A stretch of 64,000 nucleotides of DNA. It comes from Podarcis cretensis (lineage: Eukaryota). Positions within the stretch are counted from its first letter, which is position 1. Every line of letters starts with the position of its first letter. Under the pieces are notes generated by a model. It was not told the DNA's origin. It ran no database searches and saw only the letters and a program-made list of their open reading frames with translations. Of the stretch, positions 40,190-50,499 are shown piece by piece. Position numbers and translations under genes: made by a program. The stretch is taken from the NCBI GenBank assembly GCA_951804945.1, contig OX638151.1, positions 48,608,001 through 48,672,000 on the forward strand, written 5' to 3'.

Positions 40190-40810
40190 TTATATATTTA
40201 TATACTGTCCTATACCTGGAGGTCTCAGGGCAGTTCACAAAAAAGATATCTCTCCCCCCCCTCTCTCTCTATATATAAAACAATAACCCAATAATACCTC
40301 CCCCCAAAAAAAGAGCCACATTTTAAAAGGGTATAGGATGTTGATCAGGTCAGCCAAAGGCCTGGTTAAAAAGGAACATTTTTGCCTGATGCCTAAAGCT
40401 GTATAATGAAGGCTCCAGGCAAACATCCCTGGGGAGAGCATTCCACAGATGGGGAGCCACTGCAGAGAAGGCCCTGTTCTTGTGTGGCCACCTTCCAGAC
40501 CTCTCGAGGAGAAGGCACACAAAGGAGGGCCTCAGGAGTTGATCTCAAGGTCCAGGTAGGTTCATATGGAAAGAGGTGGCTCTTGAGGTATTGCGGTCCT
40601 GAGCATAGCTGTCAATGTTTCCCTTTTTTAAAGGGAAATTCCCTTAGTCTGAATAGGATTCCTCACAAGAAAATGGAAAAGTTGACAGCTATGTTCCTGA
40701 GCTGTTTAAGGCTTTATAGATCAAAACCAGCACTTTGAATTGGGCCTGGAAACTAATTGGTAGCTAGTGCAGTCAGACCAGGATCAGTGTAATATGCTCA
40801 AACTGCCCAT
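40190..40810 (-). mobile_element. L2-like LINE 3' fragment
   Basis: Typical reverse L2 3' motifs (gggagagcattccacagatggggagccac...gagaaggccc; accagcactttgaattgggcc). Similar decayed pieces lie at ~26560-27115 and ~45640-46260. Confidence 0.55.
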
Positions 40811-40899
40811 GCAGAAGAGTGCATGCCAACTGTTCTAAAATACCATTTCAAAGGTTACTTAAGACACTGCTGACACAATCTCCTTTTCTCTTTTAAAAG

Positions 40900-41073
40900 C
40901 AATCGTCTGAGGATTATGAAGCAACTGACACAAGTGAATCCAGACAGCGAAGAGATCTGGGTGCTGCGCATGCTCTTCTGATGAGCCACATGCTGGAATG
41001 TAGGAGAGCCAGCCAAGAGGACATGGCATTGGAAGACACAGGTTCCCAACACAGTCTTTCAGAAGAGCAGTAA
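40900..41073 (+). CDS. PCNX2: PCNX2 last coding exon; QSSEDYEATD...CRRASQEDMALEDTGSQHSLSEEQ*
   Basis: ctcttttaaaag|CAA acceptor, in frame to TAA at 41071-41073; the C-terminus resembles recalled mammalian PCNX2 (CRRASQEDM...SDEQ). Confidence 0.88.
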   Translation, partial: QSSEDYEATDTSESRQRRDLGAAHALLMSHMLECRRASQEDMALEDTGSQHSLSEEQ

Positions 41074-42049
41074 AAAATCCACTTGCACCAAGGGCTAATG
41101 CTCTGCACATGACATCAAAACACATCTAGCTTCACGTCCCAGACAAAATGTTAAGGTTATTCCAAGTATAACAAAAAGCAAACAAACACAACACAAAATG
41201 TAAAGTATCTGTTTTTTTAATTCTTCAGTGAAAAATGTTACAATATAGAAGCAGGATGTTCTACGATTGGCATTTAGTGCTATCCAAAAGCGCTGGGCGA
41301 CATCATCTCAAGTTCATGAAAATTCAGGTGCGATCTGGAAAAAAACATCAACAACTTGTCTTGACTTTCCTTACCCCGAAGTGCTAATATTTTTCAGATG
41401 GAACTTGGAAAAGATTTGAGGAGGGAGCGAGAACACACATACGTGGAACTAAGACTGAAAGCAACAGAAACTCTGACCGCATCTCCGTGAAAAAGCACAT
41501 CAACATCTGTCTCTAGTTGTAACCAAACAGATGATTGCATGCTAAATAACTGGCATTTTATACATAATGCATCAGAAACAATTGTTTTTTTTAATGGAAG
41601 CAATGAATATGTAATAGAAGAGAAAACTGCATACCCCAACATTAGTATGCAGAATCTTTTTTTTTTAAAAAAAAAGGAAAGTCAAAAGGAAGGCCTCATT
41701 CTTCTGTTTGTTTGAAGTGTTATGCAGCTGACAATTATGTGCCGCAACATATTAATCCAGAAGGTGGCCCACTGCATGCAGTCATAATGAAATAGTATAT
41801 GAAAGTGCCAGGCTGCACATTGCCGTAAACCAAATATAGCCAATGCATGAAAAGCCTTCACAAAGCCAATGGTGCTCCTTATTTGCAAACAAAGCTGCTT
41901 TTTCTAAAAGGGCTGCATAGTCTTGCAGTCCTGATTTGGTTGGCAGAAATTCATGCCTATTTCTGAAACCAAGAGACTCAAAAGCACTACGATGCTCTTT
42001 CACATACACAAACACAGACAAAGATGTTGAATTATTATTATTTTTTGTA

Positions 42050-42055
42050 ATTAAA
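42050..42055 (+). terminator. Candidate PCNX2 poly(A) signal (ATTAAA)
   Basis: ATTAAA ~1 kb after the stop codon, U-rich upstream, with a GU-rich tract (gtgtctggttctgctgttgttgtttg) ~15-40 nt downstream. Confidence 0.45.
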
Positions 42056-43139
42056 GACTTTACAACTACCAGTGTCTGGTTCTGCTGTTGTTGTTTGACT
42101 ATCTCCGGAAGGACGCACAACATTTCTGCTCTTCATGGTTATGGTCTATTAGTGAAATTATCAGGAACTAAGACAAGGAGTTGATTCACAGCCAGGCAGG
42201 GGCAAAACTAGGTTTTATTTCACCCAGGTCAAACACTCAGTTTGACACACCATGCATACACAGGCTGGGTGCCTCAATGGCGCCCCTGTGGAGGCTTCAA
42301 CAAGGACAAAAACCAAAACACCTCAGGTAGTGCCCCCGCAGCTACAGCTCTGCAGCCAGAGATGATTGGAAATGTTTTGTGAGTAGGGGACAAGTATTCA
42401 CATTGCTTGAAAGTAAAAATGTATGTTGTGGGATACATGAACAAAGCCTTGGTGTGCAAGTAAGGCAGTCATATAATCATGTTTATTGGGCTTCTGCTGC
42501 ATCACAATGGCTTGCAACATTTGGTCCACCAGGATTCCTACAATACTCACCCAAAATTAATCCCCTTACAATTTTTGTGGAATTCTGAGGGCCATGTTTA
42601 TCACCTCTTTTACTATCCTATAACTCTGCGCCCCAAACAATACAAACTATGCATCAAAGCTGACAGGAAACTCTGCGTGGAGGTTGAGGTTGGGCCTCTT
42701 TAAGTATTCAAGACACAGACCCAAGCGGAGCCTGCAGGCCCAATTGGTTCTGCCCCTTGAGCATTGCCTGCTCCTGAGGCTGCCTGACATTGGCTGAATA
42801 TGCAGGCAATCAGGATTCTCTTCCCTGGTGGGCAAGGAGACCTCTGGGTGCCCTGCTGACCTTGAGAAGCCTCCAAGCAGCTTCCCCTGTCAGGTAAGTG
42901 CTTGGGGCAGAGGCGGGCGGCCCACAACGCCATCATTACCCAAGAAAGGTGAGCAAACTTATGCATCAAATTCCAAGTAGGCATTTGGGACACAGGAACT
43001 TGGTCTCTTGCATGCTGTGAACTGCCCTGAAATCTTCAGATGAAGGGTGGTATATAAATTTAATAAATAATATTTTCCAATAATATTATTCCAATGTGAA
43101 GACTAGGGTGGAAATGTGCTGTTTCTCGGGGGGGGGGGA

Positions 43140-43200
43140 GAAGAAGAGAAGAAGAAGAAGAAGAAGAAGAAGAAGAAGAAGAAGAAGAAGAAGAAGAAGA
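43140..43200. repeat. (AAG)n microsatellite preceded by a poly-G run
   Basis: ~20 AAG units with one interruption. Confidence 0.95.
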
Positions 43201-43418
43201 CTCTAAAATCTCAAAGATTTGTACTGAATTTACTTGGGGTGGAGGAGAAAATGCTGCCAAGGATTGTATGGATGCAGAGAGATGGCCAAAGAGATGGCCG
43301 GCTGCTGCTCTTCATTTTGGGGAGAAAGACAGCAGAAGTTTCCATGGTTTTGAGCCCCTGTAGCAGAATTAGCTTCTACTTACCTCCCTTTTCGGTGGCT
43401 GTCAGTGAAGCACACAGC

Positions 43419-44120
43419 CAGTGCCGGATTTACGTATAAGCTAACAAGCTATAACTCAGGGCCCCACTCTCTTGGGGACCCCAAAATTTTTTAAAGAAAA
43501 AACAATTGGATGTACATTTCCAAAATATAAGATAAAAAACAGACAGAATTAAACCTACATACAGTGTTTTGTGTTGTGTAGGCTCCTATTTGTTATGTGC
43601 AAATGGCTTTAGATACCTATTAGGTCTATAAATTACCATATATTCAACACAAAAAACAGTGACAATTTGTTTTTGTTTTTTTGTTTTTTTAATATAATAT
43701 TTATTAATAGTTTTTTTAAAAAATTTTAACATAATAAACGAAACATACAAAAAAACATCACATTTCATAACATATTTTCTTATCCTTTTTGGACTTCCTC
43801 ACATCTCCCTCTCCTACGTTCCAAAATATAAAAATTAATACAGCAATTTATCACCTTGTCCCCACCTTATCTAATTTTCCAATGTTATATCTTAAATTTT
43901 AGATATATTCATTTGACTTTTTAAAACTTTTTAGTTTAGCCTAATCATTATCTAAAAGTTGATTTTTTCCTAAATTTAGCTTATCTTCATAGTTCAGTTT
44001 ATCTAATTCAATGGTGCAAAAACAGTGACAATTTGTTGTTGACAAAGGACAGCTGGACATATAAAGGGCCCAATTACCTCCAGTAGCTTAGGGCCTCATC
44101 AAACCCCAAATCTGGCCCTG
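43419..44120. mobile_element. hAT-like non-autonomous DNA element (interrupted)
   Basis: Imperfect terminal inverted repeats (TIRs) cagtgccggattt / aaatctggccctg, flanked on both sides by cacagc. Confidence 0.65.
43672..44017 (-). mobile_element. L1 3' UTR fragment nested in a hAT-like element
   Basis: 20-bp TSD aaaaacagtgacaatttgtt (43652-43671 / 44018-44037); T-rich head with AATAAA on the - strand. Confidence 0.75.
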
Positions 44121-45288
44121 CACAGCTATAAGAAATAAACCACAACAGCTCCCAATACCCATTCAGCTGCAAGCTCCTCTTCCCTTGCACCGGACTGCGT
44201 TTTGCAGAAGACTACTGGAAAGGAGCACAAGGCACCTCTGCATGGGGCTTTCTGGCAGTTCCAGCTGCTTTTCCCCTCCACTTCAGAAGAGCCCCACTGG
44301 ATCACACTAAGGCCAAGCTAGCACAGCATCCCATTTGCCTCTGGGAAGCCCCCAAGCAGGACATGAGCCACTGTTTGTTCCCCAGCAAAGACTTTTTGTG
44401 GCTCAGCTTTTGTTTTTTTAATCAGGCCATGCCTAGCACAAAACTTCTGGCACATCTTTAGTTCAGTTCTGCAGAATTCCCGCAAATAGGTGATTGGAGC
44501 CTGGCCTCTGCCAATCCTCACATGCCTGCAGAGCAATCTCTAGCCCTATTTGCTGTAGTAATTCCTCAATAATTGCTTTTACCACACCTGTGTATATGTT
44601 TTAGTTCTTTTTTCTCTAGAAGCGAAAGAGCTTGGTGAGTTAGGAAATGTTGCATAATCTCATTTAAGCCTTTGTTTTTAAATCTATTCATCACATCCCT
44701 GCATCGCAGAAATTTCCGTGTGAATACAAAAATCTTACTCTGCATTGGATCAAATGCAGTCCAGGCTAATGTACAGCTTCTGTAAACAAATGCTCCATGA
44801 TTAATCACAGGGCAGCTGCATTATGAGATGAGCACAAATATTCATGGGCAAAAGCTTTGATGCCTTTCATATGATAATTGCAGCCAACACATGAGCCGCT
44901 TTTTTACGGTGTTACAAGGATCACTTTCTTCTGCCAGGCAATTCTGTAATAGTTGGGAGGCAAACTGGAAAATGATACACCTGTCACATATTCTCTCCGA
45001 TTTTAAACTATTTGTGCAAACTCTCATTGTGTTTGCTTCTCATTTTCCTGGAATGAATTCAAGTCATCTTTCATTCCCAGATGCACAGCTGTTGATTTTG
45101 AGGGCATTGTTTACAGAAGTCACAAGCTGAAAAGCGCACGGGGGGGCGGGTGGAGTTGCTGCTGGAAAGGATTTTAAGGTGAAGGCTGCACCAAACCCAT
45201 TTTGTCAAAATCTGCATTGTTTAGCTCTGCACTGCTCCAGTACTAATCTTTACGCATTTCCTATGCCTATGTGTTTTGCAGCCCCATA

Positions 45289-45510
45289 CAGTGGTACCTC
45301 GGGTTAAGAACTTAATTCGTTCTGGAGGTCCATTCTTAACCTGAAACTGTTCTTAACCTGAGGTACCACTTTAGCTAATGGGGCCTCCCACTGCCACCAC
45401 GCGATTTCTGTTGTCATCCTGAGGTAAAGTTCTTAACCCGAGGTACTATTTCTGGGTTAGAGGAGTCTGTAACCTGAAGCGTCTGTAACCTGTAACCCAA
45501 GGTACCATTG
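45289..45510. mobile_element. Tigger-like MITE
   Basis: TA|CAGTGGTACCTCGGGTTA ... TAACCCAAGGTACCATTG|TA. Confidence 0.8.
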
Positions 45511-48500
45511 TAATTGCAAACATGGGTTTCCTCCTTATATATATCAATCACCTCTCAGCCAATTCACTTAAGGCAGTTATTGGTAGAATGGCTTCCAGTA
45601 TAATAGACATGATAACTGGCTGCCCATATGCTAAGTTCTTATATTCATTTACAAGGCTATTGACAACTTGGGTCCAGGATACCTCAAACACCACCTGATA
45701 CCTTATATCCCTGCTAAATCACTAAGGTCTTGGAGGGGGGGTCACTGTTAGTGGTCCTCCCCCTGACTCAGGTGCATAGCTCATCCACCAGAAGCCATGC
45801 ATTCAGTAACATGGGCCTGATTTAATGTAACTCCCAGGTGAGGTCAAACAGTTAAAGAGGAGAAATCATGGTGGGGAGCCCATGGCACAGGCATTTTAGT
45901 TTCATTTCTTTAAAATTGTTTTCTACTGCTTGGTGTTAATCTTTATTTTTTCCCCTTTCTGTGGTTGCTCTGCTTAGGAGGCAAGTCTTTCTAAAAGAAA
46001 CCTTCTCATTACTGGATCTCCTTTAAAACCTCTGCTTTTTAAACTTGTTATTGACAGTTCTCCAGACTGTATTCCATCTGATATTCTTTTAAATGTGTTG
46101 TGGGAGGGGGGATTATTGGTTTGCTTTTGTTCTTATTTGTATTCTGTACTCTGTCTTTTTTATATAGAACTTTTTTGTTGTGAACCAGCCTGAGATCTAC
46201 AGATGAAGGATAGTATACAAATGTAATAAATTACTATTATTATTATTATTATTATTATTACACAGCCAGAACTAGCTTGAGGGAGGGTAGTATTCACAGC
46301 AGAAACCACTCAGAAGTCAGTCTCACGATACTGAACGTCAAGCCATAGCACAGCAAGTCACTACTAATGCTGGCCAGATCAATTTTCAATTTATTGTGTT
46401 AGTGCAAGATGTTATCACTCTGCTTGTACTGGTGAAATCACTTGAGACTCCATTGCACCCAGCAGGTGTTCCTTCACTTGAACAGCTGCTGTATTGGCTC
46501 CCGTCACCCCTCATTCCATGCACAGATGTGCTGCTTCTATGGGAACAGAAGCCAGTGTAGAAAAAAGCCAGAGAGAACTTCATCCATTCTTGGTTCTTTA
46601 TAGAGGCTCCGAAAACACTATAAGTTAACTGTGAAGGTTAGTCTTCCCATTGTTTAGATGGAGAACTGAGGCAGACAGAAAACACTTCCTGTAAAATCAC
46701 TGAGTGGTCATTGTTGACGTGTAGCCATTCCTCGCCAATTTCTGCTTCTCTTTTCTTTCTGAAGCAGGTAAAACGCAATACCCAGGCACAAAAGTAGAGG
46801 AGCTAAGGAAAGCTGTGTTCAGTGGGCTTCTGCTTCAACAGTCAGAATTCTTAAAAGATGGAATTGTTCTTTTCCCTCCTCCTAGGTCCTTAATGAAATA
46901 GCGCTGTTTGCATTTTCACCACTAAATCTCCCTAAAAATCTCATGTTACCGCCTTTGAACTTCTGCAAACGTTACAAAATTCTTTCTTCGGAAATCCTGA
47001 GTGCAAAATAAATACATAATAGACCCAACACAAGTTGAACAAAACAGCCTTTGTTACTCCATCTGGATACTTTTTCTTGGCTTGAATTGCTACAAACATA
47101 CGTGCTGAATGGCCTTGATGCATAGGCCCATGGAGAAGATCAAGCACAAATTATGCTCTCCCTGTTATACCAATTAAAATCCACAGGTGCAACACAACTT
47201 TAATCAGAGCTCTGCAAGATACACCATGTGCCGTGGAGACCAGACTCACAAATTATTTGCTGTAGGGCTGCTTCTTGTATCATAGTGCTCTTGGACCTTC
47301 CAAAAGCAGATAATGTACTATTGTCAACATAAGGTCTCATGAAACAAAAACAGAGTGGGAAACTTGCTCATTAAGGCTACCCGCAAACCACTGGGTTCAT
47401 TCTCCTAATCCAGTTTCTTCCTTTATTGATACACGTTTGAAATAGTCACGCTGCATTCGTGGGATACTGATGTCTTAAAATGATATCGGTATGACGCACA
47501 GAACACCTGCAATAGCAAGAAATGACTCTCAAGGGAACTGGGACACACATTGCAAGGAAAGGTGAAAAAACCTTGTCAGTTCTACTTGGGGAAAGTTCTT
47601 TCGTGATGCCAAATATAATGATCAGAGATATCGTCTATGAAACAGGGCTGCCAGTTTCCCACTTCCAGCTCACTCTCAATATTAAGTGGTGAGAAAATTG
47701 AGTGAGGTCATAATATTGTAGGAGTCTAGTAGCAGACTGCAGTTATAAGAAGCCTTTGCCACAAGTATACGGGGCAGGGGAGACTCGTTCATTACTGTCA
47801 AGTCCATGGGCAGACTTCTAAGCACCTTCAATAAGGTAGAGCTGGTAACAGGATAGTCCTATGGGGAAAACGTGCACCCACTGTCTTTTTGCTATTGTAG
47901 ACAGATTCTAACCTGGTATCCATATAAATGGCTTTGAAGTCAATGCGGGTTTCCATATTGCATTAACCAAGGGATGTCTTGATTCAATATTTGTTACACT
48001 TCACACATGCAGGGCAGAGGAAGAAAAGGGCTAAATTCCTTTACAAATTTTGCTATAGCCAAGGAACACCACACAATGCATGAAAACAAATGTGCACCTG
48101 GCTGGGAATTTAGCTTTCATGACATGCAGAACTGATTAAGTGGTAAACACTTTTCCTGAACACCATTCATAGGTCTTGTGGGACACAAGCTGTGCCACAG
48201 TAATTTATACAGGTAGTTCCTTTATTAACGAAACGGTGCGAAACAAAACAAAAATGGTTAAGCATTAGTGGACACTAATTGTTTAACTAGCACCACCAGA
48301 AGTCAAGCTGAGTTATAGAAAAATGTTGGCTTACATGAGAAATATTACAGTTTAATGAATGAAATACCTACCAGAGATCTGGAAACTGAAGAGCTAGCAA
48401 TCAAACAACTGAAAAACTTGGCAGAATCCTGATCAAATATCACACCAGCGGAATAAAGTTAGGCTTGTTTTTTTAACCCCAAAAGAACACTAGAAAGATG

Positions 48501-48818
48501 AGTAGGAGTGTCCCTTGGATCCCAGATCATATTTTTCTTCTTCACTTACACTGAGAGATAAGTCGAGATGATATATCTGTGTTTCTTAACTGATTTGCCT
48601 AAAGAGCATTCCATGTGCAACTCAGGTATGTGCCTACTGTACATCTGTGTACAGGGCATGGGTAGAAACAGGATGCAAACTGTTTGCAAGGATTTATATC
48701 AAGATAAATTTCTCCAATTCCACCACAATACTACAGCTGAAAACATCTGAACCTATTTCTACTAATTTTGATATGGGACGGTGTCAAATTGGTTCACTAC
48801 TCATGTAGACCAAAGTTA

Positions 48819-49173
48819 AAGGTAAAGGTAAAGGGACCCCTGACCATTAGGTCCAGTCGTGACCGACTCTGGGGTTGTGGCACTCATCTCGCTTTATTGG
48901 CCAAGGGAACCGGCGTTTGTCCGCAGACAGCTTCCGGGTCATGTGGCCAGCATGACTAAACCACTTCTGGCGAAGCAGAGCAGCACACGGATACGCTGTT
49001 TACCTTCCCGCTGGAGCGGTACCTATTTATCTACTTGCACTTCCTGCTTTCAAACTGCTAGGTTGGCAGGAGCTGGGACCAAACAACGGGAGCTCACCCT
49101 GTCGCGGGGATTCGAACCACTGATCGGCAAGTCCTAGGCTCTGTGGTTTAACCCACAGCGCCACCCGCGTCCC
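48819..49173 (-). mobile_element. Sauria SINE
   Basis: Full head to tail on the - strand; 12-bp TSD agaccaaagtta (48807-48818 / 49174-49185). Confidence 0.9.
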
Positions 49174-49396
49174 AGACCAAAGTTAGGTACAACTCAACTC
49201 AGAGTCTGGCCTCCCATCAGTATTGCAAAGCTAATAATCCAACAGCTTTACTTTCAGGTCTTAAGATTAATTTGCTGGCTCTTATTTTAACTGCAAATGA
49301 ACCAAGTCTGATTTGAAAATAAATGGCAAGCAACAAATGTGAAACATCATAATTCACACCTGCATATTCAAAGACAGTAGAGTTTCAAAGATGGAG

Positions 49397-50029
49397 GTTG
49401 CCCCACCTACTCTCAGCAGCCAGAAACATCATTGCCAGACACTGGAGGGACCTGTCAGAAATAAACATGGAACACTGGTATCAAGTAGTATGGGAAACAG
49501 CCTTACTAGAAAAGCTAACCAATAGACTGAAACTGACATGGGGACAAATAGAAGAGGATGCCTTCACTCTGGTATGCCTCCCCTTTATCATATCACAGCC
49601 CAACAAGGCAACAACATGAACCCACTGACAGCATACGATTCAAAATGGCTAACTTAACCAAACAACTCTCTCCCCCCCCACACACAAACAAATCCCACTG
49701 CAGTCAACCAAAGACAATCAACCACACCCTAGGCCACACCAACCTCTCTCACTACCAAGGAAACATAACAAGAAAATAAAAAGAGAACCTACCCAAGTGA
49801 CGCTGACACAAAAACCCCACACATACACTAAGTAAATGAACATAAGCTTTACCACTCCACCCCCTTCTCCCATTACCCCCTCTTTTCTTCCCAACCCTAA
49901 ACTGCATATAACACCTATGTCTCATGACAAATGCAACTGATCTGCAGAAAACGCAACCTGAAGAAAGAGGCAATGCACGTGCTTTTGTAAACGAGGAAAA
50001 TCTTTAATAAACATTATTTTGAAAAAGAA
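49397..50029 (+). mobile_element. 5'-truncated L1 fragment in the NTPCR 3' region
   Basis: 10-bp TSD aaagatggag (49387-49396 / 50030-50039); L1 ORF2 C-terminus-like peptide HLLSAARNIIARHW...LEKLT; AATAAA and A-rich end. Confidence 0.8.
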
Positions 50030-50078
50030 AAAGATGGAGTTTGCACTGGGATGGAAAGAACACATAAAATGGTGTGCA

Positions 50079-50147
50079 TCATTTTAGGCAGCTCTGCACA
50101 GCTGCCACAATATCTTGCAAAATGCTGTCTCTATTCTCCTTTGTAAT
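50079..50147 (-). CDS. NTPCR: NTPCR exon 5 (coding part); ITKENRDSILQDIVAAVQSCLK*
   Basis: gattctag| acceptor and TGA stop. Exon lengths 34+163+97+210+69 = 573 nt = 190 aa plus stop. Confidence 0.93.
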   Translation of the reverse strand: MTKENRDSILQDIVAAVQSCLK

Positions 50148-50499
50148 CTAGAATCAGAAAAAAATATGGATTAGTTAACGTTGCTGGCCATTTATTGTGA
50201 CCAGTGTTAGAAACTGAGATATGAAAGCTAGGAGCTAAATAGTACCTTAAACCTAGGTTATGGGCACATCAGGGGGAATGTCTAGGTGTGCTTTTTTATA
50301 GCAAGAATACAAAGCTGAAAATGAATGAACTGCAGCTAAAATATTATGTTCATTTTTCATATTGTCTAGTCCTTTCCCTGCCCACCCCCCTAATATTCTT
50401 AAGAGGGTCTCTTCTCCAGTCTTCAGAGAGTAGCTGGAAGTAGAGAGGCAGAAAAAGGTTCTCCTTTCCTTCCACTCTGCAATTTTAATCTGAAATCTT

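Noticed and set aside
43116-43439. Poly-Lys / poly-Ser ORFs
   Set aside because: Translation of an (AAG)n microsatellite.
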